From: Chrysomallon squamiferum
Taxonomy: Eukaryota; Animalia; Mollusca
Direction: 5' to 3'
NCBI GenBank assembly: GCA_012295275.1
Contig: CM022673.1
Span: 24,986,001-25,050,000 of the forward strand
Length of the DNA: 64,000 bases
Each line of letters opens with the position of its first letter. The stretch's first letter is position 1. The translations under genes and the position numbers were made by a program. The notes beneath the pieces were generated by a model. It was not told where the DNA came from. It ran no database searches and was given only the letters and a program-made list of their open reading frames with translations. Positions 11,881-24,922 of this stretch are shown piece by piece.

Positions 11881-13748
11881 ACAAATAATGATACACAGTA
11901 ACAAGTTACATCATCCAGAATGGAGGTTTAAGGAATAACATGTCAGGATGGCCTTGTCTGCAGATTTGTGATGTTTTTGTTACATCAGCAGAAACAGGTA
12001 CATTCCACTCTTGTCTAACAGCTCTCTCACCACAGGTCACTAAAGAAACATGTAAAGAGAGTAACAACCCTGTGATAGCCTCACTTGAACACAAGCTATC
12101 TCAGCTCAAAAGTATCATGGAAAGCATGCTTGGACTATTCCCATAATGAATCTTAAAGATTTGTTAAAAAAATTGAAAGAGCTGTCACAAAAATCATCTT
12201 TGGATAAAAGTTCTAGATAACTACTTTTCAGTAACTCTTTAATAAAAAAAATTATTAAAAATTATTTTACACAGAATCTATGGGTCTAGAAAAAAATAAA
12301 TAAAAGTTGTAAATTTATTGAATGTTGATCTGTGAAAACAGAAAAAAAAAAATAACTGACTGCTTTAAATTATCTAGAAAATTAAATAAATATATAAAAT
12401 AAAATAAAAAAATAAAATAAAATAAAATAAATGCTATAAAATAAAAGTTACATTATTAAACATAAAGTTGTAAAACACACAACAGCAAGATGAAGGTTTT
12501 CAAGGAATAGTTCACCTTGTGTGAGCCTGGAAGGTCAAACAAAACAAACTGCCAACGAATACGAAATACACAACCAACCAGCAAATCAGAAAATGGTAAA
12601 ATGCCAATTTGTTGATTACTACTTTTCAAAACAATTTTACCTATTTCACATTTATTAGTAACCTATTACATAACCAGAAAGCCTTAACGAGTTAATCACT
12701 TTTATCTGTGTAATGTGTTTATATTCAAAACCAACAAACAACAGAAACATTTTTGTCCAAATCTACTGCGTAGCAAACAGATTTTGTAAATACTTTGAAT
12801 AAATGCCAAGATGAGAGTTTTCTAGTTAATGTTCTGGTCAGTTTGTGGTTGATGGAGAAAGTTTAGGAATGTCAGTTAAGATGTATGATGTATCTTCTTT
12901 CTTGACTCATTTAATGAGAAAAAAAAAAAAAAAAAAAAACGTTTTTCAGAAGTCTGTTAAAACAGGTATAATCTGTTGTGATAAGAATTGAGAAAACCAC
13001 CTGTTCTATTCATGTAACTAGTGAGAATAGCTGAAACATTCAGTGCAGCAGGTAAAGAAATAAAGGATCTGAACAGCAGTCTGAACTCGGCATGCTGTTG
13101 AGCAAAAACCAAGGTCGTCAGATATTTGATATTACAATTCACCGCTTTTACAAAGTATGTCTATGTGCACGTTTTGTATGTTTGTGTGTGTGTGTGTGTG
13201 CATGCATTCATGAATACATATATGTATGCATATGTATGTATGCTTATGTAGGTATATATATATACAAATAAACACACCCATACATATATTTAACAAAATA
13301 ATCACCTCTTTCTCCAGACAGCTATTTGTCTATTTTAGAAAAAACTCAACAGGCGGTCACAGCCAGTTTCTATTCAAAGTATCACCTATTTAAGAAGTAT
13401 TATTATGATAACCAATTTGTAAAGGATGTAGGTACAGCACTGTCAGATATAATCTCTGATAGTACTTGTCAAAGAAACCGATTATAGTTGTGATACTATA
13501 CGAAATATAAAATATAGTAATAAAGAGAAGAATGATGTGAAGTAACAGGATCCTACTCATGGCCTTGAAAGTTGTTTTTTAATATATGTTGTTTGGGTTT
13601 TTGACAGTAATGTGGTCAGAATGAATGCAGTGAACTTGTCTGAGACAGGAAAAAAGTAAAAATAAAAAATAAATTTGTCACTGATGAATGTTTTCAATTA
13701 CTGTTAAATTAAGCACTGTGTATGGCTGGTGTTAAATAACCAATTAAA

Positions 13749-13785
<37 letters not shown>

Positions 13786-14626
13786 CAACTTTTTTTTTCT
13801 TTCAAACTAATGTATTTACTCCTGTCAGGTGAATGTATATAATTTTTTATTCCTTTGTCCATTTATTATTATTATTATCATCATTTTTTTTTATTGTTTT
13901 ATTATTATTATTATTATCATTATCTTTTTTTTTTTAAATTTGAATATCAAAAGTGCTATGTTGTTTAATTTAGTTGGTTATCATATCTGCAAAGTCTATA
14001 AAAAAAATATCCTCTAACAACCCTCAAAATAGAATTTAAAAAATATAAAACAACTTAGAACCCAGCAAAATCAAACCAAACAAAAAAAAAAAAAAAAAAA
14101 AAAACAAAAACAAGAAGAAAAACACAATCAAAATAAAATTCCTAAGTATGAAAAAAAATAAAATAAAAAAACAACAAAAGAATTTGATATTAAGTGGTTA
14201 TCATCTTTCAAGCCAAGAAATAAAAAAGAAAAAAGCATTATGTCCCTTTGTGTTTACATTCAGTTTTGTTACACTTTCTTGATACCCAAAACACATAAAT
14301 AAAACTGTCATAAATGTCTCTTTGAGAAATCATTGTTATGTCTTTCTGATCTTTGTTTATGCCCATGTATTTTACTTACTGTGTAAGACACCACAACAAA
14401 CTAAAAACAACTGTGGTTGTAATAAGGAAAACAACAGTAAGAAACACAGCACTGGAGTTTTACATTTAAAACATTTTATATCTTCTAAACCCAACATGCA
14501 GAGAGGTATAGTGTGTCTTGCTTTGATATTTAACTTGCTTTGTGAAACCTAACACAATGGTGGAGACATCCGCTTGAATGTTCACTGAGTTTGAGACAAA
14601 AAAAAATAAAAAAATAAAAAAAAAAA

Positions 14627-14661
<35 letters not shown>

Positions 14662-15449
14662 ATTTAAAATATCAAAAATTTAAATAAAATAAAATTTGAA
14701 AAAAATTTATAAAAGAAAAAAAGAATGAATAAATAACAAATCAGAATATAACTTATTGTGTCAAATTCGTTTTTTTAGCTTATATTTTTATGTAGAATTT
14801 TTTTTTACTGTATGTATAGGATTCACAATTTATGTCAGTAAGCCAACTTTTCAAAAATGTTTAATTTTTTTTAAAACTTTTAGTATTAGAAAACGAGAGT
14901 AATATTTAAATATGTCAAAATATCTGAAAAAGTTATCATCGGCAACATATAAATATACTGGAATTTATTGCTTAAAGATTTCATGAATGGTTATAAATTT
15001 TTATTATCTTTTAATATTACTTTATCACAGTTCAAGTCAGGGAAATTATATCTTAATGTTATTTTATGGCAGTTAAAGCCTGGGAAAGGTTTTAAATTTA
15101 ACATTATTATTCACAGTATTCAGTTTGAATGAAGATTTGAATTAGGTGAAGTGAATATCTCACTGTTTCATTTCTAACTTAATTCTTGTTAAAAATGTCT
15201 CAATATCTTTATCAGGAATTGAATTCAAACAATGCAATTCAGTTAAAAAAATGGGCCATTGCAGTTAAATTGAATGAAAAAAAAAAAAAAAGCATTTGTA
15301 ATTACCTTACTTTTTAAAGATGTTAACATATTTCAAGTCTGAACTTAAAAAAACAACAAAACAAATTAAAAATAAATTAAAACAAAACAAGACAAAAACA
15401 GAAGCAGCAAAATAAAATTAAAGTAAAATGAACTTGGTAAAGAAAACAC

Positions 15450-16021
15450 TGATGTTATTCAAAACACATTAATTAACATTTTTACTTAATAATCTGAATT
15501 AATAGAATGTTCAGAACCTGTCACATGCCAAAGTGAAAAATACTACAACATTTTACTTGATTTTTACTGCAGATATTTTCAAATCTATGTCTAGTGCTGG
15601 GGACAGATGCAGAAATTGAAAAAAAAAAAAAAAAAAAATATAAAAATATTCATGTATGATGAAATATTAAGGTGACTTTGCCCACGACCGAATGCCAAGA
15701 TTACAGGTAGTTGTTATGAACATCCAGCATTCAGGTCAACACATTCGTCTAAAAAGTCATCTCTGTTCTGTGACTCATTTCACTTCAACATCTGTTGTTT
15801 GAGAACACTTTTCAGACCTACGTCTTTGACAATAATGCATGTTGTCCACATGCGACATTGTTTGTTGTGTTTAGATGTCAGTGATTTGAATGTTAGCAGG
15901 AAATGAGAACTGCGTGATAATTAGTTTGTTAGTTATAGACCAGTGGTGATTATTTGTTTCAAACAGTGTTTGTTATTAAACCAATCATTGTTGTTTTCAT
16001 CATGCTCACAGTGGTTATTAG

Positions 16022-16065
<44 letters not shown>

Positions 16066-17043
16066 GCACACATGCAGAGATACACACAAATATATATATA
16101 TATATATACACACACAAACACACACATATACATACACACACAGAAATATATATATACACATATATATCCACACATACACATACATATACCTCCATGAAAT
16201 CAAATTTCCATACCTTTCTGATCAGTACTTATACATTCTGTGCAATAAAATCTTTATCAGAACATTATTTTAATAACATGTTTTTTTCAAAACACAGGAA
16301 ATAGTTACAAAAAGTGAGGTTTTAAATTGTTAGTAATAAGAAAAAGAAAACATTCTCAAAGAAACTCATAAATCTAGCACATTTAACAATGTTCTATAAT
16401 GAACTCTTACAAGCAGTCCAGTGTCAACTGAACCATCTCATCAAAAGTTTTCTCCCTTAATTTCAAAAGATTATAGCTGCAAGAGTTATCTTTCTTGTTC
16501 TGTAAAGGCATTTTATTGTTCATTAGGCCTATTCCTCTTTTTCTTTTCTAAAAAGGATTTCACATAAACATGTAAACATGAAATATTTTTTAGTACAATA
16601 AACAGAATTATAGCTTTTGCTTCTTTTAAATCTATGTTATCTATATTAAAGAATTTAAATATATATTATTTTGTACTTAAATATTTAATGGAACTTTTAT
16701 AAGGAATTATTTTTGTTCAATGGGTTTTTAAACAGTAATTACAGTGGACTTTTTAAGCACAGTGACAGATAAGGAACATATTTTAATCTTATTTAGATTC
16801 CTCATTTATAAAACTGTTAGTTAAAAAAAAATGAAAAAAAAATAAAAAATTAAATAAAAATAAATTTAAAAAAGAAAAAAGAAAAATCTAAAAAATGAGT
16901 AAATAAACATTCACTAATGAAATATTTACAACAACAAATTAAGTAAAATGTTACAGTGTGTATCAGTTTGGCATGTAACAGGTTCCAGACCATTAATTCA
17001 GATTATTCAAGTAAAAATATGAATTAGTGTTTGAATAACATCA
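15450..17043. repeat. Diverged long inverted repeat pair, arms approx. 15450-15580 and 16918-17043, spacer about 1.3 kb
   Basis: Arm 1 reads tgatgttattcaaaacac...aataatctgaattaat...gaacctgtcacatgccaaagtga...aacattttactt. The reverse complement of arm 2 reads tgatgttattcaaacac...aataatctgaattaat...gaacctgttacatgccaaactga...aacattttactt. Confidence 0.85.
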
Positions 17044-17391
17044 CTTACACTGATTCTATTAATTTATTTCACAAAATGTTAAACAGTATCAAAATAAACT
17101 ACTTCATAATGTAGAAACTAGAATGTATTTTAATTTTTTTTTATTTTTTTTATTTTATTGAAATTTTAATTTAATTTATTTATTTATTTATTTTTTATTA
17201 TTATTATTTTTTTTAATAAACAACACTTGTTTGTGCAGACTTTTATCAAATGATCACTGATGTAAAAAGATACAATTTAAAATGATTACTTATACACTCA
17301 GTAACAAAGTACACTTTTTGATATGAGAAATAGTCTAAATATATTCTGCATATTTCTAAATTATATTTTTCTTATTATTATTTATTTATTT

Positions 17392-17422
<31 letters not shown>

Positions 17423-18164
17423 TGTTTTTTGCTATCCAATCTTTTTTAATAATAAAATTTAACAAAAGAAGAGTAGGCCTACAGTTTAAAATCATCTGAA
17501 TACTGATGTCATCATACAGAGTAGACTGATTTCATTAACAGTTGTTAGAAAAACACAGCTACCAATCCATGAGATCATGTCACCAGTTATGAAGAAATAA
17601 AATGGCTGCATTCAGAGGTTTTGCAACTGTGTTATTTTTATCATCACAATCTTTTATTCATGGACAACAAGTCACCCAAAACAATGAACTAACTTGGAAA
17701 TATAAAGAATTTCATCATGGCATTTGCTTGTGCCTCTGTAGGTGTATTTTTAAAATAACCGTAGTTAGTTAAATTTCTCCTTCCTGGTTTACTAGTACAG
17801 AAAGTTAATGTACTGTCTTACAGTACTGTGATGACACTGAAACTAATACTGTATTTATATACAGGTCTTGTGATCTGAGATTTGACAATGGATGCAAAAA
17901 TGTAGAATCTACGTGCTGTTTGGGGTGTTTTTCGGGTTTTTTTTTCTGTTAGATTGTTGTTGTTTTTTTCTGTTAGGTTGTTGTTGTTGTTGTTTTTTTG
18001 TTTCTGTTTTATTATGAGTCAGTGTTTTCCTAAATACCAAGTTTCAAGTTTTCTCTTAATATATCATGTTTGTTTTTTAAATGAGTCATGCCAGTGCCAA
18101 TGCAGTGTTATGCAATACATGAATTTATTTAACTAGGTGAAATGAACAGATCAATTCAGAAGTG

Positions 18165-18641
18165 TGTGTTGTGTTTGTGTGAATGTATCATCGGTTGTGT
18201 TTGTGTATCATCGGTTGTGTTTGTGTATCAGAGGTTGTGTTTGTGTATCAGAGGTTGTGTTTGTGTATCAGAGATTGCGTTTGTGTATCAGAGATTGTGT
18301 TTGTGTATCAGAGGTTGTGTTTGTGTATCAGAGGTTGTGTTTGTGTATCAGAGGTTGTGTTTGTGTATCAGAGGTTGTGTTTGTGTATCAGAGATTGTGT
18401 CAAAGTTTCATAGGTGGTATCTGTATAATTATCAGTGGTAGTGTTGATGTATTAGATGATGTATGTATGTATCAGTGGTTATATGCATATTAGAGGTTCA
18501 GATATTGTGTAGCTATCAGAGATTGTGTATGTGTGCATTAAAGGTTGTGTTTGTATATAAAAAGTTGTGACTGTATATTAAAGGTTGTGTATACATATTA
18601 GAGTTTGTGTATGTGTTTGTTAAAGGTTGTGTATACCTATT

Positions 18642-18676
<35 letters not shown>

Positions 18677-19770
18677 AAGGTTGTGTATGCATATTAGAGG
18701 TTCTGTATGTGTTAGCAACTGAGTCTATATATTAGAGTTTGTGTCTGTATACTAAAGGTTGTAATACATAATGTATGCCTATTAGAGTTTGTGTATGTAT
18801 AGTAAAGGTTGTATATACATATTAGAGTTTGTGTGTGTATATTAAAGGTTGTGTATACATATTAGAGTTTGTGTGTGTATATTAAAGGTTGTGTATACAT
18901 ATTAGAGTTTGTGTATGTATATTAAAGGTTGTGTATACATATTAGAGTTTGTGTATGTATTTTAAAGGTTGTGGATGTCTATTAAAGGTTGTGTATGTAT
19001 ATTAGAGGTTGTGTATGTGTTAGCAATTGATGCTATATTTTAGAGTTTGTGTATGTACATTATAGGTTGTGTATACATATTAGAGTTTGTGTGTGTATTT
19101 TAAAGGTTGTGGATGTCTATTAAAGGTTGTGTATGTATATTAGAGGTTGTGTATGTGTTACAGATTGTGTTTGTATGTTAGAGGTTGTGTATGTATATTA
19201 GAGGCTGTGTGTGTCTATTAAAGGTTGTGGGTGTCTATTAAAGGTTGTGTATGTATATTAGAGGTTGTGTATGTATTACAGATCGTGTTTGTATATTAGA
19301 GGTTGTGCATGTGTTAGCAATTGATGCTATATTTTAGAGTTTGTGTATGTACATTACAGGTTGTGTATGCATAGTAGAGGCTGTGTGTGTCTATTAAAGG
19401 TTGTGTCTGTATTACAGAGTTGTGTCTGTATTACAGATTGTGACTGTATGTTAAAAGTTGTCTATGTATTACAGATTGTGACTGTATGTTAAAGGTTGTA
19501 TATGTATTAGAGATTGATGTGTTAGAGATTGTGTTTATATATTAGAGGTTGTGTATTAGAGATTGTGTTTATATATTAGAGTTTGTGTATGTATTAGAGA
19601 TTGATGTATTAGAGATTGTGTCTATATATTAGAGTTTGTGTATGTATTAGAGATTGTGTCTATATATTAGAGTTTGTGTATGTATTAGAGATTGTGTTTA
19701 TATATTAAAGTTTGTGTATGTATTAGAGATTGATGTGTTAGAGATTGTGTTTATGTATTAGAGTTTGTTA
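18165..19770. repeat. Minisatellite with 20-bp unit TTGTGTATCAGAGGTTGTGT (about 11 near-perfect copies, 18184-18400) grading into degenerate 18-20-bp ATTAGAGGTTGTGTATGTAT units
   Basis: Periodicity is directly visible and explains the repetitive ORFs at 18142-18493. Confidence 0.95.
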
Positions 19771-19857
19771 CTGTGTTAGATATAGCTTTGACGCATGTCA
19801 ACATGTGAGAAAAACAACATGTCTGTTAACACCTGCTAAACATCATCACTGACAGCT

Positions 19858-20105
19858 GCTTTAAATTCAATACAGAATTATACTGATACATTAATTACAT
19901 ACACATTAAATATATACATGATAATTACTAACTGGCTTAAATTCAATACTGAATTATACCGATATATTAATTACATAGACATTAAATATATATATATACA
20001 CTGTAATTACAAGCTGGGTTTAAATATAATACAGAATTATACTGACATATTAATTATATATACATTAAATATATACATGATATTTACTAACTGGCTTAAA
20101 TTCAG
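19858..20105. repeat. Tandem repeat, about 3 copies of a 76-83-bp unit
   Basis: ttaaattcaatac(a/t)gaattatac...attaaatatatacatgat...actaactggc recurs near 19861, 19937 and 20020, with a partial copy at 20096. Confidence 0.8.
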
Positions 20106-20210
20106 GGCTAAAGGAATTCAGATATTTTAATATAATTGAAGAAAACATGTAGCTTAATTAGCTTTCTGAAAAATTTTAAAATAAATTAAATTGTTAACAT
20201 GTATAACACA

Positions 20211-20244
<34 letters not shown>

Positions 20245-21659
20245 TTATTCAGGGTAACTGGTTGCACGTTTAATTATGCAGAGGAATATCAATATAATGT
20301 GAAATACATAAGTGACATAACCAATTTTCAAGTAACAGCTTGAATACAAATTCATGTTACAGCCAACCAAATGTAAAATAGCTTCATATATTGAAAGAGG
20401 TTTTTTTTTAAATGAAAAAAAGAGGAAGTTTGTGTACTTTTCCACACCACATGAAAACACAGCCTAGCAACAAACCATGGCTGCTGTCCAGGAATGTGTC
20501 TGTGCTTTGTAAATTGTTAGTACTGAATGTTGATGATGGTCTTAGTATCGAGTATCTGGGGAAAAGGTTTCCAGTTTGTGCTTCCACAGAATCTAACTTG
20601 ACGATAAAAAAGTAAAACATTACAGTTCAGTTTATTATGAACACCATTTAAAGCAAATGTCTGCTCAAAAGGTTTTAATTAAATGTTGATGATGATTTCA
20701 GATTGGACTGCAATATCAAATCAACATGATATATGTTTGATATTCTACGCATTTATATTTTCTATGATTCCTTATAAGGATTATTACATTTATTATTATT
20801 ATTATTACTACCACTGCTGTTGTTGCTACTGCTATCGCTACTAGTCCACTATTACTATTGCTGCTGCTTCCATTATTATTATTATTACTATTATTATTAT
20901 TATTATTATATTATTATTAATATTAATATTATTATTACTACTACTAGTATTCCAGCATTGATGTTCTCAACACTATAATTTTACAATAACACGAATCAAG
21001 AAAAACAGTGATTTATTCTAAATACAAGACTATTGTATTATTTAACAATAGATATAACACAGTTGACAATACATGTTGACTGCTGTATGCACCAGGGTCA
21101 TTTTTAAAGTATGGATCTATTGAGAGAATCAATATCAGACTGCATATCACACAAACATCATAGCTACAGAACTGGCTGTTTGCTAGTATATCTGTACTGC
21201 AAAATGTGATGGCTATTGCATAAATAAATAAATAAAGTCTAATAAAATGTATTTAATAATAATAATGATGATGAAAATATTCTGAATAATTTTGACAAAA
21301 AAATATAATATAATTTCAAAAGAATTGAGAAATGTAATAAAACTATTATTCAGACTTCTAACCAAAAATAGTTGCATCACTTGCGCATGTTTATTATATA
21401 ATCTATCAGAATGTATAGAAGTTAAAAAAAACTAAAATACATTGATTTTATTTACAGAAACAACTTTGCAATGGCTGGCAGAAATCAGCAGTTCCAATGG
21501 AAACTGCTACACAGATTTTAACTCTCAACAAGATTTTTTTTGTCTTGGATTATTTTCAATTTTTTTTTTTTTTTTTACTGATATTTTTCAGTTCGAAGCT
21601 GGAAACCTTTTAGTATAGTAAAATAACAATGGAAAATGTGATAGAAATTAATGTTATAT

Positions 21660-21812
21660 AGTAATAACAATAATTCTGTTTTTCTTAATAGAGTGCATAG
21701 ATTTAGGTATCTCTCATGAAATCTTAGCTATACTATATATATATATATATATATAGCAATAACAATAATTCTGTTTTTCTTGATTTAGGCATCTCTTATG
21801 AAATCTTAGCTA

Positions 21813-21847
<35 letters not shown>

Positions 21848-21985
21848 ATTTAATATGAAACTGTATCTACTGAACCAGTAATAAAAATAATCCTGTTTTT
21901 CTTAATACAGTGTATAGATTTAGGTATCTCTTATGAAATCTTATATATAAACTATTTAATATGAAACTGTATCTACTGAACCAGG
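21660..21985. repeat. Irregular tandem duplications interleaved with (TA)n
   Basis: gatttagg(t/c)atctct(c/t)atgaaatctta occurs three times and tatttaatatgaaactgtatctactgaaccag twice. Confidence 0.8.
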
Positions 21986-22564
21986 AAAAGATGTGAATAG
22001 AAAATCATACTGTCAGGAACGACACAATAACTGTAATTAATTTCCATGTCATGCAGCTGTTGTGCAGAAATCTAAATAAATTATTCAGTCTCAATATTTG
22101 AGTCTGTGGTTAACAGGGATGGGTCAACTGGTATATGAGAAAAACAATCTTTCACAACAACATCCTAACCAGTCACCCTACCCTGTTCCTTGCTAGAATT
22201 CTCACACCAGTGAACATGGTGTTGTTATTCTCAAACAACTGTCTTCACAGTGAAAAGATTCTGTCAGCCTTGAATGATCAAAGCTCCAAATGATTATAAA
22301 ACTATTATTAACTGAATGTGTTTATATACAAACAGTTTAAACATACAAAAACAGCTAGTTTATAACAAGTTACACTTCTGATATTGTACAATCACTGAAT
22401 AAAATACATTATGAGTGCATTTCTGAATATTTAAAAAGAAATCTTTCAAGTGCGGTGTAGACATTATTTTGTTATTCATCCAATACAATTATATTAATAA
22501 GCAGCACTGTAACAAAAGCAAATCAATAACAGTTTATCAGCAGAGAGTGTCTAAGTAGAAATAC

Positions 22565-22595
22565 CTGACACTGAAGTGGACTTCTTGGTGTCCAT
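22565..22595 (-). CDS. Candidate alternative first coding exon MDTKKSTSVS (phase 1, joins the 5850 exon)
   Basis: ggtATGG start and donor CAG|gtattt. G+TG gives V-SPLRP in frame. Lies in a GC-richer patch (about 22560-22870). Confidence 0.3.
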
Positions 22596-23536
22596 ACCCC
22601 TGACTGAACAAGTTCTTTTAGGCGATGACTTTCTGGCACCCAGGGCTAGCACTGGTCTCAGGGTTTCTCAAAGACAAGGGAAATCACCTAGGCTCCAGCA
22701 TACACTGTGGGATGTGTGTTTGACAGTGTCAGACTGATCAAGGTCAGCTGAGTTTCCCACAATTCACAGCAGCCTCATTTTCAGCTTTTTCTCTCTTTAA
22801 TTAAAATGTGAGGATTTCCCCAAGTGGATTCTGCCATTACCGGCAGCAAACCAAGACTTGCCAAGAAGTGATTAGATGAGAGTGTCCATTTGTATTTCAG
22901 CCTAGTGCTCAATCAAATTTTCCCCACAAATATCTATTGGAATTATCTGATAATTATTCTGTTCAGACCTGTGACATGTGAACACAGAGAAAATAATACA
23001 GAACTCTTATCAAATCTTCAAGTGCTCACCCTACTGTGAAATGGAACAGGACTTTTTATGAATACAGTCTATTTTTAGACATGAACGCCTCAATGGAACA
23101 TTGCCAGTGCAGATTCTAATAAACTGTAATTGTGTACAACACGTTTCAAGCACGTCCTGATCTCCATGGAATATTTTATGAAAATAATGCCGGTAAACAA
23201 TTGTGTATGTCCTTTTTTTTATTGTAAGTACCATGAATCTACACACATACAGGAAACAAGACCAAAACAACATGTTAAAAACAGACGCACAATCTTGTTA
23301 CAGAATAAAATTAAAAATAGCTGGTGTTATAGGATTTCTAATCTTGTTTTTTTAAACTCCAGGTCATCGTGATCATTATGGCTTTCTGATGAGAATACAA
23401 GTCTGTAAAAAGATACATTTTTTTTTGTTTCCTTTTTTTCTGTTATTCACTAAAGAAACTGAACCAGAGGCAACAGATGTAACATTATGGTAAATAAACT
23501 ACATAGGAATGAACAGTTCATACAGTTTCCTCATTT

Positions 23537-23636
<100 letters not shown>

Positions 23637-23845
23637 CAAGTGAATTGTAATATATATATGTAACAACGGTTTAGATTCAAAATTCTATTTTAATTAAAGG
23701 TTATGTTAAAACATTTGTTCTCTTTTGCCATGAAAATTTTCTTAATATTTGTGCCTAGCAGATATATTAATAATAATAAAAACTAGAGAATTAATAATGA
23801 AATCCATTGATTATAGCTTACTAATGGTATCTACTGATGCATCGT

Positions 23846-24330
23846 AATAATATCTTCTAATGTATCTTAATAATATCTTCTAGTGTATCTTAATAATACC
23901 TTGTACTGTATCTTAATAATATCTTGTACTGTATCTTAATAATATCTTCTAATGTATCTTAATAATATCTTGTACTGTATCTTAATAATATCTTCTAATG
24001 TATCTTAATAATATCTTGTACTGTATCTTAATATCTTCTAATGTATCTTAATAATACCTTGTACTGTATCTTAATAATATCTTCTAATGTATCTTAATAA
24101 TACCTTGTACTGTATCTTAATAATATCTTCTAATGTATCTTAATAATATCTTCTAATGTATCTTAATAATACCTTGTACTGTATCTTAACAATACCTTGT
24201 ACTGTATCTTAATATCTTGTACTGTATCTTAATAATATATTGTACTGTATCTTAATATCTTGTACTGTATCTTAATAATATCTTGTACTGTATCTTAATA
24301 ATATCTTGTACTGTATCTTAATATCTTCTG
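23846..24330. repeat. Minisatellite with 23-bp unit TAATAATATCTT(CTAA/GTAC)TGTATCT, about 21 copies including 20-bp deletion variants
   Basis: Periodicity is directly visible; two unit variants are intermixed. Confidence 0.92.
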
Positions 24331-24483
24331 GAGTATGTTAATATCTGTGGTGTCTTTTAATATAATATATTCTGGTGAATCTTAATAATATTATTGATCG
24401 GTGTTTTAGCAAAAATTCTTGAAGATAAATATGGATGATGATGATCTATAAACATGAACTGAATAACAAAACGAAAAACTTAC

Positions 24484-24529
24484 ACATTCTGTCTCTTGAG
24501 GATGGACTTCCTGGTGGGCTGTAACTTTT
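24484..24529 (-). CDS. PRKAG2: AMPK gamma exon (46 nt): KSYSPPGSPSSRDRM
   Basis: Acceptor tattattacag after a long T-rich tract, donor TGT|gtaagt. Phase 0 in fits the 28996 and 24689 donors; phase 1 out fits the 5850 acceptor. SP-rich like the gamma2 N-terminal extension. Confidence 0.85.
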
Positions 24530-24688
24530 CTGTAATAATAAAAAATAAAAATAAAAAAAAAAAATAAAAAAATAAAAAATAATAATTTCTTTTACACAGT
24601 CAACAAGCAAAACACAACAACCTGCATTAGGATGTAAAAAAAAAAGATCTGATTAGCATGTCACTGCAGACTGGGTACAGATATTTAC

Positions 24689-24922
24689 CACAAATTTCGT
24701 AAATAAATGCATCAGTTTTCTCGGTCTTCGTTTAGGTGTGGCTGAAGGTGTTGTGTTCTGGACAGAGTATCGCCTCTTGGTGACATCCTCGGACTCCCCA
24801 GCCAGATCGGAGTGGTTCTCGGGGACGGTGAAGCGTCTCGAATAAACACAGGCTGATGGGCGCAGAAGAGAACTGTCTTCTGACACGCTGTCTGTGTCAG
24901 GTTTTGTTTTAATGTCATCCAT
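24689..24922 (-). CDS. PRKAG2: Probable alternative first coding exon (78 aa, MDDIKTKPD...RKLMHLFTKFV), spliced over a 159-nt intron to the 24529 exon
   Basis: gttATGG start, a GC/CpG-rich open frame with protein-like composition, and donor GTG|gtaaat in phase 0 matching the next exon. Confidence 0.72.

Noticed and set aside
18142-18493. Cys/Val-rich repetitive ORFs in three frames
   Set aside because: Translation of a stop-free 20-bp minisatellite.
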